Shown here: in pieces, positions 8,239 to 16,218 of the stretch
Numbering within the stretch: the first letter of the stretch is position 1
Layout: every line of letters starts with the position of its first letter
From: Candidatus Krumholzibacteriota bacterium
GTDB taxonomy: Bacteria; Krumholzibacteriota; Krumholzibacteriia; LZORAL124-64-63
Length of the DNA stretch: 20,491 nt
Direction of reading: 5' to 3'
Assembly (NCBI GenBank): GCA_039714075.1
Contig: JBDLKA010000063.1
Span: 1 to 20,491, forward strand
Notes under the pieces: generated by a model
The model's input: the letters and a program-made list of their open reading frames with translations, nothing else
What the model was told of the DNA's origin: nothing
Database searches by the model: none
Position numbers and translations under genes: made by a program

Positions 8239-9855
8239 ATGAGTATGCCCGTTAAAACTCTTGAAAGACTAGATGCGGCGGTTCCGTCCGGCAAAATGTT
8301 CCGCGATTGGCTGGGAATTGGCCTTGAGGCGGATTTTCTGGCCCCGGAACAGGGGGATGCGTCCGGGGAACTGTCCGCGGCCCTTGCCGGCTCCGCTACC
8401 ACGGCCGGGAGCGAAACCGGGCCGTCACCTTTGTTCGGCTCGGCCTGGGTGGGCCGCTGGTCGGATTCGTTGGCCGAAGACCTTCCCCATGAAAACGACC
8501 GGGCCGCATTCCGGGCCCAGGTCGCCGACCTCCAGGCCGGAGTGGCGGATGTGGTGGTGACCGGTCAACAGCCCGGCTACCTGGGAGGTCCTCTCTATAC
8601 GCTCTTCAAAGTCGCCACGGTCATCGCTTTGGCCAGACGCAGGTCCGCTGCCGGAAAGCCCACCGTGCCGGTTTTCTGGAGTGGGGACGCGGACGACGAC
8701 CTGGCCGAAGCCCTGGCTCCGGTGGCCTGGTTTCCCGGCGAATCCGGTCTTCAGCGCGGCCCGACGGCGTCGCAGGGTCCCGCAGGCCGGTCCCGGTCGC
8801 CCGTACTGGGTCGTCTGGCAAATGATGCCTGGAACAGCCAGGCGGCTTCCCTGTTGGACCGTGTCAACACGCTCCACGAGGGTGAATCCGGACGATTGGC
8901 AGGCGACCTGGCGGAAATCTGGCGCCTGGCCGAAACCCGGGGCTGGGGCTGGGCGCGGTTGTCCCGGCGGGCGATCCTACGCGTGTTTGCCGGCACCGGC
9001 CTAGTTGTTGTCTCGGGTGATGATCCCGGGTTGCACGCGGTGGCGGGACCCCTGTACCGGGAGATTCTGGACAAGCAGGATATCCTGGCCCGGCAGGCCG
9101 AACAAAGGGGCAACCAATTGACCGCCCACGGCTGGCACGCCCAGATCAATGCCCGCTCCCTCGCGCGGCCGCTTTTCAAGATGGTTGAGGACCACAGGGT
9201 GCCTTTGGAGGCGGGGGACCAGGATACGGATCCTTCCCTGTTGCGACCGGGTGTCATGCTGCGCAGTCCCATCCAGGATTGGCTGCTGCGGCCGGCCGCG
9301 GTGGTGGTGGGGCCCGGGGAAATGGCATATCTGCGGCAACTCGACCCCTTGTACCGGGAATTGAACCTCCCCAGGTCGCCTTTGGTGCCGCGCCTGTTTG
9401 CCTGGTTGCTGCCGGAAGGTTTCGAACCCGCCGTGCTGGCGGATTTCAGGAATCATCCGGCGGCTGAAGCGAATCTGGTCTCCAACCTGGCCGCCGAGGC
9501 CGAGGATAAGGTCCGCCTGGTGTTGGAGGACATCCTGGCAGGGCGGCTGGGTCTGGAAAAGGGACGGGCCCGATCCCTGGCGGCCGGCCGGGCCCGGCGC
9601 TGGAGCAAGGGCGTGGGAGCCATGCTGCGTGGCGAAATCAAACAGTCCCGCCTGGATGCCGTCTCGGGTTTGCCCCCCTGGATCTTCCCTGACGGCGCCC
9701 GCCAGGAACGAAGCCTGGCCTACCAGTGCGCCGCCGCCTTGTGGGGAGAATCCCTGGTGACCGCCTGTCTGGAAGCGGCGTCGATGCATCTGGAGGAGGG
9801 AGCCCGGGACAACTGGCGGGAATTCTCGATCCAGGTGCCGGATCCCGGCCAATGA
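8239..9855 (+). CDS. bshC: Bacillithiol biosynthesis cysteine-adding enzyme BshC (divergent)
   Basis: VVTGQQPGYLGGPLYTLFK, PVFW, GPGEMAY and QER motifs characteristic of BshC/YllA; about 538 aa; adjacent to bshB and bshA. Start is ATG 8239 or 8245. Confidence 0.88.
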   Translation: MSMPVKTLERLDAAVPSGKMFRDWLGIGLEADFLAPEQGDASGELSAALAGSATTAGSETGPSPLFGSAWVGRWSDSLAEDLPHENDRAAFRAQVADLQAGVADVVVTGQQPGYLGGPLYTLFKVATVIALARRRSAAGKPTVPVFWSGDADDDLAEALAPVAWFPGESGLQRGPTASQGPAGRSRSPVLGRLANDAWNSQAASLLDRVNTLHEGESGRLAGDLAEIWRLAETRGWGWARLSRRAILRVFAGTGLVVVSGDDPGLHAVAGPLYREILDKQDILARQAEQRGNQLTAHGWHAQINARSLARPLFKMVEDHRVPLEAGDQDTDPSLLRPGVMLRSPIQDWLLRPAAVVVGPGEMAYLRQLDPLYRELNLPRSPLVPRLFAWLLPEGFEPAVLADFRNHPAAEANLVSNLAAEAEDKVRLVLEDILAGRLGLEKGRARSLAAGRARRWSKGVGAMLRGEIKQSRLDAVSGLPPWIFPDGARQERSLAYQCAAALWGESLVTACLEAASMHLEEGARDNWREFSIQVPDPGQ

Positions 9856-9871
9856 GAGGAATTCCGATAAC

Positions 9872-10642
9872 ATGATCAACCGCGAAGAACACGCCTGTGA
9901 TCTGCTGGTCGTTTCCCCGCACACCGACGACGCTGAAATCGGTCTGGGCGGAACGATTAAGCTCCTGTCCCAAAAAGGGCGCCGGGTTTGGGCCGTCGAC
10001 CTGACACGGGGCGAACTGGGAACCAACGCCACCTGCTCCGAACGCTGGGCCGAGGCCGGGAAGGCCTCCGCGGTGCTGGGATTGACCGGCCGCGCGCAGC
10101 TGGAATTGCCCGATGGATTCATTGACAGCACCGACCGCGAACAGGTGTCCAAGGTGGCGGCGGCCATCTGTCGGTTGAAGCCCCGCTGGATCGTGACGGC
10201 GCCTGATCCGGTCCGCCATCCGGACCATCAGGAAACCCCGAAGCTCGTGGCCCGGGCCGCCTTCCTGTCGCGCCTGGCCGCCTGGGAAACAGGGGAGCCG
10301 GGCGGGCAGGTATGGGACGGCGGCGCCTCCTGGCCCGCCCCGGCGGAACGCTGGGAAACCGAGGCGGTCTTTTCCGTATGCCCGGATGACGGAACTCCCG
10401 CCATCCTGTTCGACATCGGTTCCACCTGGCAGGCCAAGCAGGAGGCCCTGGCCTGTTACGCCAGCCAGTTCGCCCGGCAGGAGGGACGCCGCCCCACCTG
10501 GATCAATGATGCCGCCTTCATGGAAAAAATCGAACGGCGGGCCCGGACCTGGGGCCGATGCGCGGGTGTGGAACTTGCCGAAGGATTGTGCTCGGTGGCC
10601 ACGCCGGTAATGACCGACATTCCCACGGAAAGGTGGCTCTGA
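9872..10642 (+). CDS. bshB1: PIG-L/LmbE family deacetylase, GlcNAc-malate deacetylase BshB1-like
   Basis: SPHTDDAEIGLGG, DLTRGELGT, LPDG, RHPDH and YASQF motifs; TGATG-coupled to bshA. Confidence 0.85.
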   Translation: MINREEHACDLLVVSPHTDDAEIGLGGTIKLLSQKGRRVWAVDLTRGELGTNATCSERWAEAGKASAVLGLTGRAQLELPDGFIDSTDREQVSKVAAAICRLKPRWIVTAPDPVRHPDHQETPKLVARAAFLSRLAAWETGEPGGQVWDGGASWPAPAERWETEAVFSVCPDDGTPAILFDIGSTWQAKQEALACYASQFARQEGRRPTWINDAAFMEKIERRARTWGRCAGVELAEGLCSVATPVMTDIPTERWL

Positions 10643-11775
10643 TGAAGATGCCCGCCGTCGGCATAACCTGCTACGCCAGCCAGGGGGGCAGCGGTGTCGT
10701 GGCCACGGAATTGGGACTGCACCTTTCCCGCAGGGGTTGCGAGGTCCATTTCATCTCCGCGGAAATGCCTTTCCGGTTGCGGAAATATCATGAAAACATC
10801 TTCTATCATCCCGTGGAGATGCCCCACTACCCCGTTTTTCAACATTCTCCCTACACCTTGAGCCTGGCCACGGCCATGAGCGAGGTGGCCACCAGGTGCG
10901 CCCTGGACATCCTTCATGTCCATTATGCCATTCCCCATGCGGCCAGCGCCTATCTGGCCCGGGATATGGTCGGCCGGGACAAACTCAAGGTCGTGACCAC
11001 CCTCCATGGGACCGATATCACCCTCGTAGGGCAGGAACCGTCGTTTTTCCCGATGACCCGCTTTCTGATCGACCAGAGCGATGCCGTGACCGCGGTATCG
11101 GATTTCCTGAAAAAAGAGACCATCGAGGTTTTCGGGACCGGGCATGACATTGAAGTGATTCCCAACTTCGTCGATGCGCGGGTTTTCAAGCCGACCGACA
11201 CCCATTCCCTGCGCGAACGGTTCGCTCCCCAGGGAGAGAAACTGCTCGCCCATGCGTCCAACTTTCGTAAAGTCAAGAACGTAGGGGCGGTGGTTGATGT
11301 ATTCAAGGAGGTTTCAGCGGCCCTGCCCAGTCGGCTTCTTCTGATCGGGGACGGACCCGAAATGGGGGGTGTCCGGGAGATGGTCGCGGCCGCAGGCCTA
11401 TCCGAAAAGGTGGAGTTCCTGGGGCAGGTGGACAGCCTGGAGGAGATTCTACCGGTGGCAGACCTGCTGCTTTTACCCTCCCTGCATGAATCCTTCGGCC
11501 TGGTGGCGCTGGAAGCCATGTCCTGCGGGGTGGTTCCATTGGCCACCAGCCGGGGCGGCGCCGGGGAGTTCATCCAGGACGGTTTGAACGGTTTCCTGCG
11601 GGATCCCCAGGATGTTCCGGGAATGGTCGCCGCGGCGGTTAAAGTTCTTCAGGATGACAATTTACGCGAGGAAATGGCCGAAGAGGCACGCCGGGATGCC
11701 GCGGGCGATTTCGGTGTCTCCTGCGTGGTTAAACAATACCTGGATCTGTACGACCGGTTGCTGGCGGGCTCCTGA
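10642..11775 (+). CDS. bshA: N-acetyl-alpha-D-glucosaminyl L-malate synthase (GT4)
   Basis: GITCYASQGGSGVVATELG, HVHYAIPHA, TTLHGTDITLVG, SNFRKVK and ESFGLVALEAM are BshA signature motifs. Confidence 0.94.
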   Translation: MKMPAVGITCYASQGGSGVVATELGLHLSRRGCEVHFISAEMPFRLRKYHENIFYHPVEMPHYPVFQHSPYTLSLATAMSEVATRCALDILHVHYAIPHAASAYLARDMVGRDKLKVVTTLHGTDITLVGQEPSFFPMTRFLIDQSDAVTAVSDFLKKETIEVFGTGHDIEVIPNFVDARVFKPTDTHSLRERFAPQGEKLLAHASNFRKVKNVGAVVDVFKEVSAALPSRLLLIGDGPEMGGVREMVAAAGLSEKVEFLGQVDSLEEILPVADLLLLPSLHESFGLVALEAMSCGVVPLATSRGGAGEFIQDGLNGFLRDPQDVPGMVAAAVKVLQDDNLREEMAEEARRDAAGDFGVSCVVKQYLDLYDRLLAGS

Positions 11776-11801
11776 ACCATGAATCTTCCCATCACTGGTG
11801 G

Positions 11802-11829
11802 TTGACAGAAGGTCCGATGGCTTTAAAAT
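11802..11829 (+). promoter_or_regulatory. Sigma70-type promoter
   Basis: TTGACA (11802-11807), 16-nt spacer, TAAAAT (11824-11829), in an AT-richer intergenic gap about 45 nt upstream of the next start codon. Confidence 0.7.
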
Positions 11830-11874
11830 AGAAGAGGTCAATCAGCAGACGTGGCATATTTCGAGGAGAGGGCC

Positions 11875-12252
11875 ATGCATGAAACCATGGACCTGATGTT
11901 ATCCATCAGAAATCTGGCCGAAAGACGTGGTGTCTTCAGGCCGGAGGCCTATTTTTTCGTATTGGAAGCCCTGGAGAACGCCATGGCGTCCATGGACGAA
12001 CGAGGCCACATCACCGGTGAAGATCTACTGGAATGGATTCGGGACCTGGGACAGGAAAGATACGGCATCATGGCTGGTGATGTCTTCAATGTCTGGGGCG
12101 TCCACGCGACCATCGATTTCGGCCGGATCGTCTTCCACCTGGTGGAGGCGGGGTTGTTGCGGAAACGCGACGAGGATTCCCTGAGTGATTTCATCGACAA
12201 ATTCAACTTTCAGGACGCTTTCGCCTTGAAGGTTTCCGAGGGGCGGGGCTGA
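11875..12252 (+). CDS. Conserved hypothetical protein, Minf_1886 / TIGR04138-like family
   Basis: EAYFFVLEAL...HITGEDLL...YGIMAGDVFNVWGVHATIDFGRIVFHLVEAGLL...DSLSDF matches the family pattern as I recall it; GAGGAG at 11863-11868 precedes ATG 11875. Confidence 0.75.
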   Translation: MHETMDLMLSIRNLAERRGVFRPEAYFFVLEALENAMASMDERGHITGEDLLEWIRDLGQERYGIMAGDVFNVWGVHATIDFGRIVFHLVEAGLLRKRDEDSLSDFIDKFNFQDAFALKVSEGRG

Positions 12253-12458
12253 ACCCGTTTTCTCGCTGCAAATGGTTGAATTCCGAGGGAACTTTCAGGC
12301 TTGAGGTCTGTTTCTCCCGGTTGGACGATAATTGATTTGCAGAACAACTGATCTGGTCCCGTTCGGGGCCTGGTGGCGGACCAGGGAAGGACCGCCCGGA
12401 TCCGGCCGGAAGGAACAGGGCCGCATCCCCCCTATAACTGAATATCCGAGGAGACCCA

Positions 12459-13211
12459 ATGTCCGCCATGTTTCTTACGGCGATATTTCCGTCGACTTTT
12501 CTGGCTGCCCTGGGCCCGGGTGAACTCGTCGGCCTGGTGACCGACTCGACGTTCTTCGGCAAGTTCATCCTGCTGGTCCTGCTGGTTCTTTCGGTCATGT
12601 CCTGGGCGGTCTTCATCGACAGGGCGCGCACCCTGAACCGGATCCGCGCCGGCCACCAGGAATTCTGGACCAAGTGCGAGGGCTGGCTGGACAGCGGGTC
12701 GTCCGCCGGACCCGAGAAGGCCGCCCTGGTTGCCTGGTGCCGCCACAACACCGAACTGCCGCTGAGCAACCTCGTCCTGGAGACCGAATCGATGTCCCAG
12801 TGGCCCGCCATCCGGCGCGCCTCCGAGCGGGTGTCATACCTGGAGACCGAAAACCTGGAGCGGTACCTCATCCTGCTTTCGACCGCCGTGACGATCTCGC
12901 CCTTTCTGGGGCTGCTGGGAACGGTGTGGGGCATCATGAGCTCGTTCTGGGGCATGGCCTCTATGCAGAGCGCCAACCTGACGGTGGTCGCGCCGGGTAT
13001 CGCCGAGGCCCTGATCACGACCATCGCCGGGCTCGCCACCGCGATCCCCGCTGTCATCTTCTACAACATGACCGTCCGGAAGATCGACCTGGTGGGCAAC
13101 GAGGTCGACCGGTTGCGGACCGTGCTCGAGGAAGCGGCCGGCGGCGAAGCGGCGCCCGCGGGGAGGGACCAGAGCCTTAGGCCCGACCTGCATGACCGGG
13201 AGACCATCTGA
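12459..13211 (+). CDS. tolQ: MotA/TolQ/ExbB proton channel protein
   Basis: Three TM segments, SPFLGLLGTVWGIM and APGIAEALITTIAGLATAIPAVIFYN; first gene of the tol-pal cluster; GAGGAG RBS. Confidence 0.9.
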   Translation: MSAMFLTAIFPSTFLAALGPGELVGLVTDSTFFGKFILLVLLVLSVMSWAVFIDRARTLNRIRAGHQEFWTKCEGWLDSGSSAGPEKAALVAWCRHNTELPLSNLVLETESMSQWPAIRRASERVSYLETENLERYLILLSTAVTISPFLGLLGTVWGIMSSFWGMASMQSANLTVVAPGIAEALITTIAGLATAIPAVIFYNMTVRKIDLVGNEVDRLRTVLEEAAGGEAAPAGRDQSLRPDLHDRETI

Positions 13212-13621
13212 TGGCCACGCGAAAAAGATCCTACAGCGCCATGGCCAACATCAACATCACCTCGCTGGTGGATGTGACGTTGACCCTGCTGATCATTTTC
13301 ATGCTGACGGCGCCCTACATCCAGGGTGGGGTGGAGGTGAACCTGCCCGAGGCCGCCACGCGCAACGTGGTGGTCAAAGAGGGTCCGGTCATTTCCATCA
13401 CCAACAACCGCCAGGTTTTTTTCCAGGAGCAGGCCGTCGAGATATCAGATCTGGCCATGCTGCTGGCCCCTTTCGAGGAGGACAAGGAGGAAGTCCCGGT
13501 CTACCTGCGGAGCGATGAAGAGGTGCCCTACGGTTTCGTGCTTAAGGTCATGGCCGCCGTGGAGGTCGAAGGGTTCCTGAATCTCAGCCTGGTAACCGAC
13601 CAACCCGTGGATGATCAGTGA
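13211..13621 (+). CDS. tolR: TolR/ExbD protein
   Basis: INITSLVDVTLTLLIIFMLTAP TM segment with the conserved Asp, VNLP and SDEEVPYG motifs; TGATG-coupled to tolQ. Confidence 0.9.
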   Translation: MATRKRSYSAMANINITSLVDVTLTLLIIFMLTAPYIQGGVEVNLPEAATRNVVVKEGPVISITNNRQVFFQEQAVEISDLAMLLAPFEEDKEEVPVYLRSDEEVPYGFVLKVMAAVEVEGFLNLSLVTDQPVDDQ

Positions 13622-14313
13622 TGTTGAGCCGTGGGCTCCCCATTTCCATTCTCGTCCATGCCCTCGGCCTGGTGGTCATGGTCATGTTCGGCAATTATGT
13701 CGCGCGCAATCCGGTGCGGCCGCCGCGCTCCATCAAGGTGAACATGGTTCATTTGCCGGAGCTCCAGGTGCAGCCGACGGAGGCTCCACCGGAGGAAATC
13801 GTTCAACCGGCACCACAGAAGGAAGTGAAACCCGAACTTCCCCCCAAGGAATTGCCGAAGCCCAAGCCCGAGGAAACGACTCCCAGGAAAGTCGAGCCCC
13901 AGGAGAAGATAGAGGTCCCGGATCCTCCGCCGCAGGAAGACACAAAAACACCGGATGAGCCCGTGGAGCAGGTGGCCAAACCCGTCATCAGCGGACCTTC
14001 GGCCGCGGACACGGACTCCGATTTTCCTTTTGCCTGGTATCTGACGAGGGTCGAAGGCCTGATCGCGCGGAACTGGAAGCCACGTCAGATCGGGTTCGGC
14101 AAGAGAGCCGTGGTTTCGTGCGCGGTCCACTTCAGCATCGCCAGGAACGGCACCGTCTCCCAGGTCACCCTCGTCCGGAACAGCGGCGTGGGTGTGTTCG
14201 ACCGCGAATCCCTGCGTGCGGTGCAAACCACGAAACTGCCGCCGTTGCCGCCCCAGTTCACCAGCCCGTCGCTGGGAGTGACTTTCATTTTCAACCTGGA
14301 GCCCGGAACCTGA
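13621..14313 (+). CDS. tolA: TolA/TonB-like energy transducer
   Basis: N-terminal TM helix with SxxxH (SILVH), Pro/Glu/Lys-rich linker, TonB_C-like domain (IARNW...SGVGVFDRESLRAV...LPPLP); lies between tolR and tolB. Confidence 0.8.
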   Translation: MLSRGLPISILVHALGLVVMVMFGNYVARNPVRPPRSIKVNMVHLPELQVQPTEAPPEEIVQPAPQKEVKPELPPKELPKPKPEETTPRKVEPQEKIEVPDPPPQEDTKTPDEPVEQVAKPVISGPSAADTDSDFPFAWYLTRVEGLIARNWKPRQIGFGKRAVVSCAVHFSIARNGTVSQVTLVRNSGVGVFDRESLRAVQTTKLPPLPPQFTSPSLGVTFIFNLEPGT

Positions 14314-15608
14314 TGTCTCGAAACAAAAAACTCCTTCTGATCCTCGTGGCGGTGCTGTCCGTGAGTCCCACGGCGGCCCTGGCCCAGGGCCGGAACAACG
14401 AAGTCGTCATCGAACACACCAAGACCGCTTTCATCAAGACCGACGTCCTGATCAGTGAACTGGACGTTCTGTCCGGGGGTGTCGCCTCGGCCGACGCGGC
14501 CAACCTGATGACCGACATCATCGGCAACGATCTGCGGCTGTCCGGACTTTTCCGGGTGGGGATGTTCGAGGGCGAGTCCGACAGCCTGGAATTCGAATTC
14601 ACCATCGAGGGAACGGTAGAGGGGCCTCTGCGCGACGCGGACCAGACCGGGGAGAACGCCCCGGTCACCATTTCGCTCAACCTCCTTTCCTTTCCCCAGC
14701 GACAGCTGCTGATGAACAAGCGTTACCGACCGCTGCACACCCAGATGCGGTCCACGGCCCATCATTTCGCCAACGAGGTCATCCACTGGCTCAGCGGGGA
14801 ACCGGGCATGTGCCTGTCCCGGGTTGTTTTTTCCCGGGGCACCGGCGGCCGGCGCGACCTCTACGTGGTGGATTACGACGGGGAGGGCCTGCTGCGGCTG
14901 ACCGCCAACCGCGAGTTGAACCTGTGCCCCGACTGGTCCCCCGACGGACGTGAGATCGCGTTTACCAGCTACCGGAACGGCCAGCAGGCCCTGTTCAGCC
15001 TCGACACTTCCAACGGCAAGGTGCGGCGCGTCATCGGCATGGAGGGGCTGAATTACGGCGCGGACTGGCATCCGGACGGCAAAGAGCTGGTTCTGGCCCT
15101 CTCCCACGGCGGAAACCCCGAAATCTACCGGATCACCCCCGAGGGCAAGATCATCAAGCGCCTGACCGTCTCCAAGGCCATTGAAATCAGCCCCAGCTGG
15201 TCTCCCGGCGGCCGGGATCTGGTTTTTACCAGTGACAGGACGGGTACCCCTCAGTTATATATCATCGACAGCGAGGGTGCCGGCAGACGCCGGCTGACCT
15301 TCGAGGGCAAATACAACGAATCGGCGATCTGGTCTCCGAGCGGTGACCAGATCGTGTATGCCACAAGATCGGGTAACTACACCCAGATCGTGGTCATGAA
15401 GTCCACCGGCGAGGACAGGCGGGTCCTGACCGACCGCCGGTGGCGGAACAGCGAGGATCCGAGCTGGGCGCCCGACGGACGGCACATCGTGTTCGCCTCG
15501 GACCGCAGCGGGGTCTTCAAGCTTTACGTGTACGATGTCGTGGAAGACACTTTTCGCCAGTTGACGTTCGGAGACAATCCGGACATCACCCCCGCCTGGT
15601 CCCGTTGA
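14313..15608 (+). CDS. tolB: TolB beta-propeller protein
   Basis: Signal peptide (ALA|Q), DLRLSGLF and AHHFANEV motifs, repeated PxWSPDG (PD40) motifs; ATG 14313 is coupled to the tolA stop. Confidence 0.93.
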   Translation: MSRNKKLLLILVAVLSVSPTAALAQGRNNEVVIEHTKTAFIKTDVLISELDVLSGGVASADAANLMTDIIGNDLRLSGLFRVGMFEGESDSLEFEFTIEGTVEGPLRDADQTGENAPVTISLNLLSFPQRQLLMNKRYRPLHTQMRSTAHHFANEVIHWLSGEPGMCLSRVVFSRGTGGRRDLYVVDYDGEGLLRLTANRELNLCPDWSPDGREIAFTSYRNGQQALFSLDTSNGKVRRVIGMEGLNYGADWHPDGKELVLALSHGGNPEIYRITPEGKIIKRLTVSKAIEISPSWSPGGRDLVFTSDRTGTPQLYIIDSEGAGRRRLTFEGKYNESAIWSPSGDQIVYATRSGNYTQIVVMKSTGEDRRVLTDRRWRNSEDPSWAPDGRHIVFASDRSGVFKLYVYDVVEDTFRQLTFGDNPDITPAWSR

Positions 15609-15648
15609 GGTCAGGCAGCATTATCATCATTACAAGGAGTGTAAAAGC

Positions 15649-16206
15649 ATGAACAGAGGACGGATTTCCCGCAAGGCGCTGCTGATCGCCGGACTGGTGC
15701 TTCTGGTGGCCCTGGTCTCGTTGGCCGGCTGCAGCAAGAAGGCCGAAGTTGAAACCGATCCCGCCGCCGGGACCGGAGTCGCGGACACCACCGAGGATCT
15801 GCCCACCGAGACGGTGCCCGAGCAGGTTGAACCCGTAGTCGACGAGGGACCCGACTACCTGACTCTCGACCCCAAGGATTACGGTGTGGGTGATGTCTAT
15901 TTCGCCTTCGACCAGTACGATCTGGATGACGAGAGCATGGGCATCCTTTCCAACAATGCCCGCATCATCAAGGAAGCCGGCGTCACCATTCTGGTATCCG
16001 GCCACTGCGACGAGCGCGGCACCGTCGAGTACAACCTGGCCCTGGGTGAGAAGCGCGCCCGCGCCGTTCGGGATTACCTGGTCAGTCTGGGTGTCTCGGC
16101 CAGCCAGTTGAAGGTTACCAGTTACGGCGAAAGCAAACCCTTCGCCAAGGGCAGCGACGAAGATGCCTGGGCCAGGAACCGGCGCGCGCACTTCGAACGC
16201 CCGTAG
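15649..16206 (+). CDS. pal: Peptidoglycan-associated lipoprotein
   Basis: Lipobox LAGC, YFAFDQY, GHCDERGTVEYNLALGEKRA, SYGESKP and NRRA OmpA-domain motifs; AAGGAG RBS. Confidence 0.95.
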   Translation: MNRGRISRKALLIAGLVLLVALVSLAGCSKKAEVETDPAAGTGVADTTEDLPTETVPEQVEPVVDEGPDYLTLDPKDYGVGDVYFAFDQYDLDDESMGILSNNARIIKEAGVTILVSGHCDERGTVEYNLALGEKRARAVRDYLVSLGVSASQLKVTSYGESKPFAKGSDEDAWARNRRAHFERP

Positions 16207-16218
16207 GGACGGCACATT

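Noticed and set aside
9872..11775. Alternative call as mycothiol genes mshB/mshA
   Set aside because: The glycosyltransferase carries BshA-specific motifs and is linked to bshC rather than to MshC.
12288..12316. GGAACTT, an ECF/sigmaE-like -35 upstream of tolQ
   Set aside because: No convincing -10 element at the expected spacing.
12402..12418. CCGGCCGGAAGGAACAG resembles SRP RNA helix 8 (CAGGUCCGGAAGGAAGCAG)
   Set aside because: The conserved CAGG and AGCAG internal-loop bases are altered and the stem is shorter, so it is not called as ffs without an Rfam scan.
14118..14312. Upstream extensions in the ORF track (tolB 14118; also lpxA 1756, bshC 8089, bshA 10558, cupin 16934, pruA 18630)
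   Set aside because: Most overlap the upstream gene (the pruA extension instead spans the divergent control region), and downstream starts have better RBS or TGATG coupling and match the family N-termini.
14920..15605. Repeated TGGTC(C/T)CC-like DNA motifs
   Set aside because: They are explained by TolB WSPDG propeller repeats and are not a CRISPR array or DNA repeat element.
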